A DNA stretch of 64,000 nt. Source: an uncultured Eubacteriaceae bacterium. GTDB taxonomy: Bacteria; Bacillota; Clostridia; Eubacteriales; UBA1433. The first letter of the stretch is position 1; each line of letters opens with the position of its first letter. Made by a program: the position numbers and the translations under genes. This document shows positions 46,162 to 56,163 of the stretch, one piece after another. The notes beneath the pieces are model-generated. The model had not been told where the DNA came from and made no database searches. It worked only from the letters and a program-made list of their open reading frames with translations. The DNA lies in contig CAZHMK010000004.1 in assembly GCA_964533615.1 (NCBI GenBank), positions 138,398 to 202,397 on the forward strand, read 5' to 3'.

Positions 46162-48039
46162 ATGCTACTTACCGTAAGCAACATCAGTAAATCATTCGGT
46201 TCTACTGCCATACTTAATCATATTTCATTTTCATTAAACAAATCTGAAAAAATAGGTATCGTAGGCAAAAACGGCGCAGGTAAAACAACTCTCTTAAATT
46301 TAATATCAGGTAATCTGTCTCCGGAAAGCGGCTTTATAAATAAATCTCCCAATATAAAAATGGGGCAGTTAACACAAATGCCTTCTCTTGATTTATCCCT
46401 GAACGCTTATGATAATCTTTTATCCGAGTTTAAAGACCTGCTTTTTTTAGAAAATGCAATGGCTGATATCCAAAATAAATTATCTGATACACGCAGCAAA
46501 GATGATACTGATAAATTATTGGATAAATATGCTCTACTGTTTGAAACATATGAAAAAAACGGCGGATATTCTTACCCTTCTTTCATCAAAGGCGCTTTAA
46601 ACGGCTTTGGTTTTAATGACGAAGAGCTATCTCGGCCCACAGGCACTTTCAGCGGCGGGCAGCAAAATAAAATAGCTTTTATAAAACTCCTTTTGCAAAA
46701 ACCGGATATTCTTCTGCTTGATGAACCGACCAATTATTTTGATATCGCTACAATATCCTGGCTTGAGAGTTATTTGAAAGATTACCCGGGAACCATTATC
46801 ATCATCTCACACGATCGATATTTTCTGGATGCATTGGTAGATAAGATATTTGAAATCGAAAATACAAAATTGATCATATACAATGGAAATTACACCAATT
46901 ATACAAGACTTAAAGCAAAAAAAAATGAAGAAGATTACACGAAATATATACAGCAGAAAAAAGAAATCGCCAGACAAGAACAAATCATTGCACAATTTCG
47001 CAGATATAATAGAGAAAAAAGCATAAAGCAGGCAGAAAGCAGACAAAAGGCTCTTGATAAATTATCTCGCATCCAAAAACCTGTCACACACGATGCAGCT
47101 ATGAATTTATCGTTTAAGTGCAATGCTCCTTCAGGCAAAACTGTCTTAGAAATACAAAATTTATCGAAATCTTATGATTCAAAAACCATTATCAATGATT
47201 TTTCATATACAGTTTATAAAAATCAAAAGATCGGAATATTCGGCTCCAACGGCATCGGTAAATCAACCTTATTGAGAATTATCGCAGGAATAGATACAGA
47301 GTACCGCGGGGAATTAAATTATGGTCATAATGTGAGTATCGCTTATTTTGAACAGCAATTTCATTTTGAATACCCTACTGTTTTGGAAGAAATATTGTAT
47401 TTAGAGAACCAAAGCCTATCCATAGAGCAAGCCAGAAATTATCTGGCTCTGTTTCTGTTTTTCGCCGAAGATATATACAAAGAAATATCTGTTCTATCGG
47501 GCGGTGAAAAAAGCAGATTAAATTTACTTAAAACGATGCTCAAAGGCGCCAATCTTTTGCTTTTGGATGAAGCGACCAATCATTTGGATATTTATTCCGC
47601 AGAAGCTCTTGAAAATGCGCTGAAGCAATATGACGGCACCCTTATATTCGTATCGCATGATCGATATTTTTTAAACAACATATGTGATCATTTACTGGTA
47701 TTTGAAGATGACGCTATAAACTATTACGACGGTAATTATGACTATTATCTCAACCGTAAAGCCAACACGGAGACTGAAATTCAGATAAAAGAAAACAAAC
47801 AAAAAAATAAGCGATCTGAACGTAATAATTCTGCAAAAAAAATATTCAAACGTATAGATGAACTTGAAAAATTAATAAGCGACCTTGAAAGCACAATCAA
47901 TGAGACCGAAAATTTAATGTGCAAAAATGATTTTTATAAACTGGAAAATAATATCGAGATTACAAAGCAATATGAAAAAGATAAAGATTTACTAAATAAA
48001 TATGAAAACGAATGGCTTGAATTAAATGAAAAAATGTAA
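46162..48039 (+). CDS. ABC-F family ATPase (two ABC domains, no TMD, C-terminal coiled coil)
   Basis: 625 aa. Walker A twice (GKNGAGKTT, GSNGIGKST) and signatures FSGGQQNK/LSGGEKSR, joined by a charged linker. Confidence 0.9.
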   Translation: MLLTVSNISKSFGSTAILNHISFSLNKSEKIGIVGKNGAGKTTLLNLISGNLSPESGFINKSPNIKMGQLTQMPSLDLSLNAYDNLLSEFKDLLFLENAMADIQNKLSDTRSKDDTDKLLDKYALLFETYEKNGGYSYPSFIKGALNGFGFNDEELSRPTGTFSGGQQNKIAFIKLLLQKPDILLLDEPTNYFDIATISWLESYLKDYPGTIIIISHDRYFLDALVDKIFEIENTKLIIYNGNYTNYTRLKAKKNEEDYTKYIQQKKEIARQEQIIAQFRRYNREKSIKQAESRQKALDKLSRIQKPVTHDAAMNLSFKCNAPSGKTVLEIQNLSKSYDSKTIINDFSYTVYKNQKIGIFGSNGIGKSTLLRIIAGIDTEYRGELNYGHNVSIAYFEQQFHFEYPTVLEEILYLENQSLSIEQARNYLALFLFFAEDIYKEISVLSGGEKSRLNLLKTMLKGANLLLLDEATNHLDIYSAEALENALKQYDGTLIFVSHDRYFLNNICDHLLVFEDDAINYYDGNYDYYLNRKANTETEIQIKENKQKNKRSERNNSAKKIFKRIDELEKLISDLESTINETENLMCKNDFYKLENNIEITKQYEKDKDLLNKYENEWLELNEKM

Positions 48040-48072
48040 CATCAAGCCTAGTATCGCTTACTTAATCAGAGT

Positions 48073-48894
48073 TTATTCGTCAATAACTATAAAATGATGC
48101 TTGATTGTCTGTTTTTCTATAGGAGGTAATTTTGTATAATCTCCATAGACACGTCTTAAAAGATAATCATATTGTCTGGGAGCGGGAAACATATGCCCTT
48201 CAAACTCCACTTCAACAGGCTGCCCGTATACTTCATTGGGCACTGTTTGATTAAACATATTATGATAACTTGCCAGAGTAACTGTGTATTGATTATTTTT
48301 TCTGTCATTATATAGCTTAAAATTTTTATCCAGCAGCTTGTGTATTGTATTGATTGAAAGAAACTTTGATGACGCAGTAACTAATTTCCTCTTCACATTG
48401 TTTGGTTTGCGAAGAACCAATTTATAAGTAAGCATTGCTCTTAAAAAATTTATTTTCATCCCCTGCCATAATTGTCCAAGACTTTTTTGTTTTGGAACGG
48501 ATTCCATTGGGAAAATATCAATATAAGGCCCATTATTTTGTGTTAAATGCGCTATGTGTTTTTGTTTAAATTTTTGTTTACCAAGCAATCTTACTTTAAT
48601 AAACGGCGACCAATAACTATATACTGTACTGGGATGCTGTATTTCATAGTTCAGTCCCATTTCTTCCGGTGCAATTTTTAAAAATTTTTCATATTCATCC
48701 CGCTTCATTAAAATATCCAAATCATCGTCCCAAGGAATAAATCCTTTATGCCTAATTGCACCGAGCAGAGAACCTTCTCCGAGATAATAAGTAATGCCAT
48801 GTTTTTTACATATTTTATCTACCTGCAATAAGATATCTAATTCTATAGCCTGCAGCTCTCTTATTTGTTCTATAGTCAATTTTGAATTCTCCAA
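48073..48894 (-). CDS. licD: LicD-family phospho(no)-alcohol transferase
   Basis: 273 aa. YYLGEGSLLGAIRHKGFIPWDDDLDILM is the LicD signature. Confidence 0.8.
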   Translation of the reverse strand: MENSKLTIEQIRELQAIELDILLQVDKICKKHGITYYLGEGSLLGAIRHKGFIPWDDDLDILMKRDEYEKFLKIAPEEMGLNYEIQHPSTVYSYWSPFIKVRLLGKQKFKQKHIAHLTQNNGPYIDIFPMESVPKQKSLGQLWQGMKINFLRAMLTYKLVLRKPNNVKRKLVTASSKFLSINTIHKLLDKNFKLYNDRKNNQYTVTLASYHNMFNQTVPNEVYGQPVEVEFEGHMFPAPRQYDYLLRRVYGDYTKLPPIEKQTIKHHFIVIDE

Positions 48895-49072
48895 TTATAA
48901 TGATGATACTTAAAATCATTCATATAATATATTTGTTCTATTATTATAGACGCATAAATTTGTTTTATGTTCTATTGTATTATTCTCTAACGTATATTAT
49001 TTGACATATGCTAAATATATCATTTCTATTATACAAAAACAAAGCCGATTACACAACTTATAAATTTCTTAA

Positions 49073-50953
49073 TTATTTACCTGATAATTTTGTTATATAA
49101 ATAAAACTATGCCTTGATTTTCTCTTTTCAAGAGGTGGAAATGTTAAGTAATCACCGTAAATAATGCCCAAAACCAAATCATATTCCTGCGGCACAGGCA
49201 ACATCAATCCTTCAAAAGATATATATTGTGCCTTGCTAAATGCCTGAGCGGGAAAAGTTTGTTTTTTTAGTTGATAAGAGCTGCAGTAATTTGCTACATA
49301 ATCACAGCCAGATTTATCATTATAATATGTTGAAAGCGCTTCTATTTTTTTATGCAAAACTTCATAAGAACAAAAATAAGATTTTATTTTTGTAAAGAAT
49401 TTTTCTTTGGTCACTTTCATAGGATAACCTGTTTTAAAAAGAAGCATATCTCTGTATTTTCTTATTTTTTTTCTTCTTCTATTCTGCTCTTCTCCATATT
49501 CAACAGCTTTATCCAAAGGAAAAATATCAATATATACTCCATTGTATTCTTTTAAAGAAAAACTCTCATTATTAATAAAACCGGTATTTTCCAGTATGAC
49601 TATTTTTGAAAACGGCAAATGATATTCTTTGATTGTATGTCGATTGCATAATTTGCACCCATTGATTATTTGAGTATTAAACAACTTGATAAATTTATTA
49701 TAATCATCTCTTGGCATAATAATATCGACATCATCATCCCATGGTATAAACCCGTTATGACGGATCGCACCCAACAGCGTCCCTTCCGCTAAATAATAAG
49801 TAATATTGTTTTCTATGCAAAAAGCATCCACGATTTTTAGAATCTCCAATTCAATTAATTGCAATTTTTTAAATTGTTCAGGTGAAAAGTTTGCTTTGAT
49901 GAGCTTCTTTTTTTTACGCCAGAAAATCTTCATCAGCGCTCGGCGAAAACACATAGGTATAATAAAATACATTTTGAGTTTTGTCTTGTGCATTTTTGCT
50001 TTCGTAAACTTTTTTTGCGTTCTTTTTTTTATTAAATTTTTATATGAATATTGATAATATCTATTTTTTCTCCAATTAGGAAAATGATTGTCTAAATACT
50101 CATATGCACTATCAAAAAACTGATTCTGAAATTTTCTGTCAGTCGAATTTTTAAGTGTATTAATTCTTGCAAATATATGCATTCTGCATATATTTTCTAA
50201 AACTTCATAAGCGACGTCAAAAACTCCTTTTGATTTATAAAAATCAATTATGCTGTCACATGATTTAAAGATATCAAAAAGTCCCATATTCATGCTGTTC
50301 GTAATAGAATCTGTTCTGTCTGTTCTATAATTGCATAAAGCTTTATCTACCAGCTCAATTTTATTGGCCATTAAAAGTATATTATAGACAATAGCCGAAT
50401 CTTCAAAAACTTGTCCAACGGGAAAATATAAGTCATTATCAATAAATAATTTCCTTCTATACAGTTTATTAAATGCATAAGATTTGCACGCAAATAACAC
50501 TTCTGGATTTTCCTCAACGCTGCCGCCGAAGGCTCTTAAATAATGCAGAGGCATGATCTTTGTTTTATCTTCTTTGAGCTGATTAATGTAACAAACAACA
50601 ACATCGCAGTCTTGATCCACTGCTTTTGAATACATTTCTTCCAGCATATTTGTTTCAACATAATCATCAGAATCAACAAAGCCTATATATTCTCCTTGCG
50701 CCCTTTTTATCCCATAATTACGCGCATCACTGAGCCCACCGTTTTCTTTAGTATACGATTTTATTTTATTGGGATATTTTCGCATATATTCGTCAATAAT
50801 TAATTGCGAATTATCTGGAGAGCCGTCATTAATGACAAGTATTTCAATGTCCTTAAGGCTTTGATGAACTAAGCTGTCTAAGCACTGAGGTAAATATTTT
50901 TCCACATTATAAACTGGTACGACAACAGATACTTTTATATTATTTTTTTTCAT
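49073..50953 (-). CDS. Family-2 glycosyltransferase fused to a LicD domain
   Basis: 626 aa. N-terminal GT2 (VSVVVPVYNVEKYLPQCLDSL, DSDD). C-terminal LicD (YYLAEGTLLGAIRHNGFIPWDDDVDIIM). A basic/hydrophobic linker joins the two. Confidence 0.8.
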   Translation of the reverse strand: MKKNNIKVSVVVPVYNVEKYLPQCLDSLVHQSLKDIEILVINDGSPDNSQLIIDEYMRKYPNKIKSYTKENGGLSDARNYGIKRAQGEYIGFVDSDDYVETNMLEEMYSKAVDQDCDVVVCYINQLKEDKTKIMPLHYLRAFGGSVEENPEVLFACKSYAFNKLYRRKLFIDNDLYFPVGQVFEDSAIVYNILLMANKIELVDKALCNYRTDRTDSITNSMNMGLFDIFKSCDSIIDFYKSKGVFDVAYEVLENICRMHIFARINTLKNSTDRKFQNQFFDSAYEYLDNHFPNWRKNRYYQYSYKNLIKKRTQKKFTKAKMHKTKLKMYFIIPMCFRRALMKIFWRKKKKLIKANFSPEQFKKLQLIELEILKIVDAFCIENNITYYLAEGTLLGAIRHNGFIPWDDDVDIIMPRDDYNKFIKLFNTQIINGCKLCNRHTIKEYHLPFSKIVILENTGFINNESFSLKEYNGVYIDIFPLDKAVEYGEEQNRRRKKIRKYRDMLLFKTGYPMKVTKEKFFTKIKSYFCSYEVLHKKIEALSTYYNDKSGCDYVANYCSSYQLKKQTFPAQAFSKAQYISFEGLMLPVPQEYDLVLGIIYGDYLTFPPLEKRKSRHSFIYITKLSGK

Positions 50954-50963
50954 ATATTTCCCT

Positions 50964-51818
50964 TTACTTATCAGTTAAGTCTTGTTTTATTGAAAAATGG
51001 TGTTTCATTATTCTTTCTGACTCATCAGGTAACAACATATACTCTCCGTAAATAGCCGTAAGCAAACATTCCGTTTTGGCAGGTATTGGAAATTCACATC
51101 CTTCAAAAACATGCATTCTGCCTTTATCATAAACAGATTTATGCACTGTCTGATTAGCAGGCGGATAATAGCTTCCATAGCTTACCATATATTCATTATT
51201 TTTTTTATGATTATATTTTGTCATAATTTTTTTTATTTTTTTATGTATAAATTTAACAGTTATTATTTTACTGAATAAAAATAATGCAATATTAAATTTA
51301 TTTTTAAAATTCATAGAATATCGTGTTTTAAAAAACAATGTTCTACGTAACGCTTTTATTTTATATCCCTGCCACAGTTGTATGAAACTGCTTCGTTTAG
51401 GAACATAATCCAATGGGAAAATGTCTATGTAAGGACCGTAATATCTAGATAATTTTTTTACTTTAGACTGCTCATATCTAGTTTGCCGTGTTAATTTTAC
51501 TTTTGCACCGATTACCCAATAGTTTGGATTTGTTTCCATGCAGTCCAAAAAATACCCTTTAGGAAGCAATATTGGAGCCAGACTTATAAATTCCTCATAA
51601 TCATCTCTCGGCATCAAAATATCGACATCATCATCCCATGGTATAAAACCGTCATGTCGAATCGCTCCAAGTAAAGTTCCTTCTCCCAAATAATAATTGA
51701 TATTGTTTTGTTTACAAAATTCATCAACCACAAGCAAAATCTCTAATCCATATGCCTGCAGTTCTTCGATTTGATCATATGTATTATCTTGTTTATATAC
51801 TGCTTCCATTTCTCTCAC
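50964..51818 (-). CDS. licD: LicD-family phospho(no)-alcohol transferase
   Basis: 284 aa. YYLGEGTLLGAIRHDGFIPWDDDVDILM. Confidence 0.8.
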   Translation of the reverse strand: MREMEAVYKQDNTYDQIEELQAYGLEILLVVDEFCKQNNINYYLGEGTLLGAIRHDGFIPWDDDVDILMPRDDYEEFISLAPILLPKGYFLDCMETNPNYWVIGAKVKLTRQTRYEQSKVKKLSRYYGPYIDIFPLDYVPKRSSFIQLWQGYKIKALRRTLFFKTRYSMNFKNKFNIALFLFSKIITVKFIHKKIKKIMTKYNHKKNNEYMVSYGSYYPPANQTVHKSVYDKGRMHVFEGCEFPIPAKTECLLTAIYGEYMLLPDESERIMKHHFSIKQDLTDK

Positions 51819-51820
51819 TT

Positions 51821-53653
51821 CTAATCAGCCAAAATATGTTTGTAAATATCTTCAATAATATTTTTATCAAGCATAACAGGATTATTTTTTAACCTTACAG
51901 GATTAACAGAATTCACTAACTCTATTAATTCGTCTTTATTTTTTAATTTGGGACTTGGCAAATTTAATTTTTTGTATAATTGTATGAATTTACCGATACA
52001 TTCATTTGAATTCATTGCATAAAACATATCATTCAGCTCTGCAAATATATTTTTTAAATAATCTCTGCCTCTTTTATCTGTACATTTATCCAAATTACGG
52101 ACCATATACATCCATATATGTGGCAAACTTAAGCTCACTGCATGTCCATGGGAGATATTGTACAGTGAAGAGAGCTTATAACTCATTGCGTGAGCTGCCG
52201 TGGTCTGTGCAATATTGATTGCTTTTCCGCTTAAAAACGAAGCTCTTTGCATATTTTTTAATGCATCTAAATCATTTAGAAGTGCTTTATCAATATTTTT
52301 GAGTATAAACTGTATACTTTCTTTTGAATACTGCCTGCTTATTTTAGTTGAATTTACCGACCAAAAAGCTTCAATCGCCTGGCAAAGTGCGTCCAGCATT
52401 GTTGATTTTTTCTGATAATCCGGCAATTTGGTAAGCAGCCTCGGATCTAAAATAACATATTCTGGAATAATGCTGTCATGGCTGATAGATTGTTTTTCGC
52501 CTTCATAATACAAAACAGAAAATCTTGTGCATTCACTGCCTGTCCCGGCTGTTGTGGGCACCGCTAAATGCTTTATCGGACAAAATTTATATGCTTGTTT
52601 TAAATAATTTCGGCTGTTGTCAAGACATGAAAATAATTTGATATTTTTGGCCGTATCAATAGCGCTCCCTCCTCCAATTGACACAATAAAATCACACTGA
52701 TTTTTATTGAATAATTCAACCCCTTTCGCAACATCCTCATAAACCGGATTAGAAGAAAAATCACTAAAACGAATGATTTCTACTTTCAGTGAAGCAATAT
52801 AATCTTTTAAATACTGTTTATCATAACTTCTTCCGCAGACAAGCATTATTTTTCTTGCATTATTTTCTCTTAAAATAGTTTCTATTTGTAAATAATCGTC
52901 TTCTCCCTCAAATATCATCTGTGCATCGAAATCATATTGCCTGATTTCTTCACTGACTCGTTTTAAATCTTGCGGCGTGTCAATTTCATCTATATAATAA
53001 TTTTCATAATCAAATGCTTCGATATTTAAAGAAGGCAAAATTTCGTTCAATGCATTTTCAGCATAAACTTGATTCATTCCGCTCGCTATAAACCCACTAA
53101 TTCGACCGAGCCATTTTATGATATATTCTTTGCTTAATTTATAAAAAGGCTGAAATGCATAGCAATCTGCATCAAAGATTTCTATACCTATTTTTTGAAT
53201 TTTGTTATCTTTAAGCTTTGCTTTAAAATCTTTTTGAGGCAAAACTTTCTCTTTATTGACCGCCGCTATATTCTCTCTGCTGTCTTTAAGCATATCCTCG
53301 ACTAATTTCTTGGTAAAAACCAAGTCCCCATGCATGAGCAATATATCATCATTTAAATACTGTTCCGTTAAATACATTGAATATATATAATTGGTTTTAT
53401 CATAAAACGGATTATGTATAAAGGTAAAAGATACTTGGTTATCTCTGTTCATTTGATTCGCCGCGGCTTCAATCTTTTCTCGATACGGGCCTGTTGTAAT
53501 AACAAATTCCTTAATGCCGCATTCCATCAAAATACGAAGCTGTCTTAAAAAAACAGCTTCTCCGTTTGATAATTGCACCATTGCCTTATGATTATTTTTT
53601 GTTAGCTCACCCATTCTTTTCCCTATTCCGGAATTCAATATAACAGCTTTCAT
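51821..53653 (-). CDS. Nucleotidyltransferase (LicC/MobA-like) fused to an iron-containing alcohol dehydrogenase (candidate phosphonoacetaldehyde reductase)
   Basis: 610 aa. N-terminal KAVILNSGIGKRMG NTP-transferase loop. C-terminal Fe-ADH motif GGGSAIDTAKNIK with His-rich metal-site region. 2-nt gap from ppd. Confidence 0.75.
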   Translation of the reverse strand: MKAVILNSGIGKRMGELTKNNHKAMVQLSNGEAVFLRQLRILMECGIKEFVITTGPYREKIEAAANQMNRDNQVSFTFIHNPFYDKTNYIYSMYLTEQYLNDDILLMHGDLVFTKKLVEDMLKDSRENIAAVNKEKVLPQKDFKAKLKDNKIQKIGIEIFDADCYAFQPFYKLSKEYIIKWLGRISGFIASGMNQVYAENALNEILPSLNIEAFDYENYYIDEIDTPQDLKRVSEEIRQYDFDAQMIFEGEDDYLQIETILRENNARKIMLVCGRSYDKQYLKDYIASLKVEIIRFSDFSSNPVYEDVAKGVELFNKNQCDFIVSIGGGSAIDTAKNIKLFSCLDNSRNYLKQAYKFCPIKHLAVPTTAGTGSECTRFSVLYYEGEKQSISHDSIIPEYVILDPRLLTKLPDYQKKSTMLDALCQAIEAFWSVNSTKISRQYSKESIQFILKNIDKALLNDLDALKNMQRASFLSGKAINIAQTTAAHAMSYKLSSLYNISHGHAVSLSLPHIWMYMVRNLDKCTDKRGRDYLKNIFAELNDMFYAMNSNECIGKFIQLYKKLNLPSPKLKNKDELIELVNSVNPVRLKNNPVMLDKNIIEDIYKHILAD

Positions 53654-53655
53654 TT

Positions 53656-54765
53656 TTATTTACTTAGTTTCTCCATCATAGCAATTTTATTTTCTTGAGG
53701 TGTTGTCGTCGGGCGACCTAAATCACTTCTTGAACCTTGCTTGGTATAAATAATCAATGCGCTTTTCTGCTTTGTTTTAAGCATCCTCATCGCATCTTTT
53801 ATTTCATCTTTTTCAGTCGCTTTATAAACATTTGTAAACCCAAACCCTTTTAATATGGTTTGTATATCTATGTCAAAAGCTACTGTCGGTTGCCCTCCTA
53901 CGGATTCATGTGCTCCATTGTTGATTAATATATATTTGAAATTATTTTGTGCATTTTGTGCTATGACACCAAATCCGCCGGCATGCATTAGAAATGACCC
54001 ATCTCCGTCAATGCAGTAAATATTTTTATCTGTGCCAAGAGTCATACCAAAAGCAATAGATGCTGTATGCCCCATGGATCCGACAGTCAAAAAATCATTC
54101 GCGTGCCCCTGCCCACCAGCTTCCCTTAATTCAAATATTTCTCTGGATGTTTTTCCTGTTGTCGACACAATAAACTCCTCGTCATCAAGCATTTTTAAAA
54201 TAATCTTTAATGCTTCTTCTCGTGTCAGAGTATATCGGCTTATTTTTTTTGATACCTTATAATCTGAAAATAATCCTTTGCGCACAATAAGCGCTATCGG
54301 CTTATTATATTTTTTCATATATTCATAGCAATAATCTATTTGATTTTTATAATTATCCTCTAAAATAATGTATTCAATGCCCATTGTATCTAATAAAGAA
54401 AGGGTCACTTTACCTTGCTTTTTATGCTGCGGTTCATCTTTTATGCCGGGTTCTCCTCTCCATCCGATAAGCAGAAGCATCGGAATTTTATAAACATCTT
54501 CATCAGCAAGCGAAAGCAGTGGGTTTACAGTGTTTCCCTGCCCTGAATTTTGCATATAAACAACACCGTATTTACCTGTTGCGATATGATATCCGCATGC
54601 CATGGCCACGGCATTTCCCTCGTTTGCTGTAATAATATTCTTTTTAGTACAACAATTTTCTTTTATGCATGCACAAATATTTTTAAGAAGAGAGTCGGGC
54701 ACTCCCATATACATATCCAATTGCTTGGTTTGCAAGTAATCATAAAATCCTTTTGTTTCAATCAT
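53656..54765 (-). CDS. ppd: Phosphonopyruvate decarboxylase (TPP-dependent)
   Basis: About 369 aa from MIETKGF (GGAGG RBS inside the pepM 3' end). MGVPDSLLK N-terminal motif and GDGS TPP motif (CIDGDGSFLMH). Confidence 0.85.
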   Translation of the reverse strand: MIETKGFYDYLQTKQLDMYMGVPDSLLKNICACIKENCCTKKNIITANEGNAVAMACGYHIATGKYGVVYMQNSGQGNTVNPLLSLADEDVYKIPMLLLIGWRGEPGIKDEPQHKKQGKVTLSLLDTMGIEYIILEDNYKNQIDYCYEYMKKYNKPIALIVRKGLFSDYKVSKKISRYTLTREEALKIILKMLDDEEFIVSTTGKTSREIFELREAGGQGHANDFLTVGSMGHTASIAFGMTLGTDKNIYCIDGDGSFLMHAGGFGVIAQNAQNNFKYILINNGAHESVGGQPTVAFDIDIQTILKGFGFTNVYKATEKDEIKDAMRMLKTKQKSALIIYTKQGSRSDLGRPTTTPQENKIAMMEKLSK

Positions 54766-54767
54766 TC

Positions 54768-56081
54768 TTATTTGCCTCCGGGAATCAATGTCAATATTTC
54801 GTTTATAGGCATACACAGTTCGTCTACCTCTTTACTTCGTCCGCATTGCAAAATCATTTTTGCTGTTTTTTCCATCGCCGGATACGCACTTCGAAGCAGA
54901 TGGTTGGCATGAATGATAATATTGGCTCCGGCTGCGTGTAATGCTTCCTCTGTGATGTAATTATATGATGTAGGAATGACAATAATAGGTATATCTGTTG
55001 AATATTCCCTGAATTTTGCTAAAAATTCCATGACTTCTTTTCCATCTTTTTCTTTACTGTGAATCGTAATGCCGTCAGCACCTGCTTCTATATATATCTT
55101 TGCTCTTGATAATGCTTCGTCAACACCGTAACCCGCAATCAAGCTTTCTATTCTTGCAAATATCATAAAGTCTCTGGTAACCTGTGCTTGCTTGCCTGCC
55201 AATATTTTTTTTGCGAATAAATGCGGGTCATCCATTGTCTGCTCAACATCGGTACCAAAAAGCGAATTTTTTTTCAATCCTGTTTTGTCTTCGATAATTA
55301 TTGCGGAAACACCGAGTCGTTCAAGGGTTTTTACATTGTATACAAAATGTTCGATCTTCCCTCCCGTATCTCCGTCAAGAATGATTGGCTTTGTGGTCAC
55401 TTCCATTATTTCATTGATTGTGTTGATCCTGCTTGTTAAGTCTACCAGCTCAATATCTGGTTTCCCCTTAAAAGTAGAGTCGCACAGGCTACTGATCCAC
55501 ATGGCGTCAAATTCTTTCATTGTTGCTGTTACAGGATTTTCAACTCTGAGATTTTCTACAATAAGCCCTGTCAAGCCATTAGATGCTTCCATTACAGTAA
55601 TATAAGGCTTTAACGACAGTAAACGTTTAAGTTTTGCGCGTCGATTATCGGGCGTGTTATTTAAAAGCCGGAATTGTTGTTCTAAATCTGTAGCAGAAAT
55701 TCCTTTTGTATAGGGCACTTCGATTAATTTACCGTTCCACTGTGAAAGAATAGCGATCACATTTTCCCTGACAAGCGATTGAATGCCTTTTTTCCAGTCA
55801 TCTCCATGCAAAACGAAGTCAGGTTTAAATTTTAATAAATTTTCTGTATAATCCAGACTTGTTTGCGGAACTACCTGAGAAACATTCTTTATATTTTTAA
55901 ATATTTTTTCTCTTGCCTCGTAATCTAACAGAGGAAGCCTTTTATATGCTGCTATCGCTTCATCTGTCATTAATCCGATAATTATTTCTCCGTATTTTGA
56001 TCCTTCTTCAATTACATTTATATGTCCGCTATGAATGATATCAGCGGACACGGCTATATATACTTTTTTCTTATCTTGCAT
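54768..56081 (-). CDS. pepM: Cytidylyltransferase (TagD-like) fused to phosphoenolpyruvate mutase
   Basis: 437 aa. N-terminal SADIIHSGH...HGDDW (HxGH cytidylyltransferase fold). C-terminal PepM domain with the diagnostic EDK-X5-NS motif (EDKTGLKKNS). Confidence 0.9.
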   Translation of the reverse strand: MQDKKKVYIAVSADIIHSGHINVIEEGSKYGEIIIGLMTDEAIAAYKRLPLLDYEAREKIFKNIKNVSQVVPQTSLDYTENLLKFKPDFVLHGDDWKKGIQSLVRENVIAILSQWNGKLIEVPYTKGISATDLEQQFRLLNNTPDNRRAKLKRLLSLKPYITVMEASNGLTGLIVENLRVENPVTATMKEFDAMWISSLCDSTFKGKPDIELVDLTSRINTINEIMEVTTKPIILDGDTGGKIEHFVYNVKTLERLGVSAIIIEDKTGLKKNSLFGTDVEQTMDDPHLFAKKILAGKQAQVTRDFMIFARIESLIAGYGVDEALSRAKIYIEAGADGITIHSKEKDGKEVMEFLAKFREYSTDIPIIVIPTSYNYITEEALHAAGANIIIHANHLLRSAYPAMEKTAKMILQCGRSKEVDELCMPINEILTLIPGGK

Positions 56082-56163
56082 ATTTTTTTCTCCTTAGAAA
56101 AATGCAACTTCTCCTAATTATATCATAGTTTTTCTTATCACAACAATAATTTGATTTTACAAT

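Noticed and set aside
55192-55605. 137-aa plus-strand ORF inside pepM
   Set aside because: It is antisense to a gene with the diagnostic PepM motif. The same applies to 54032-54262, 54550-54941 and 55221-55439.
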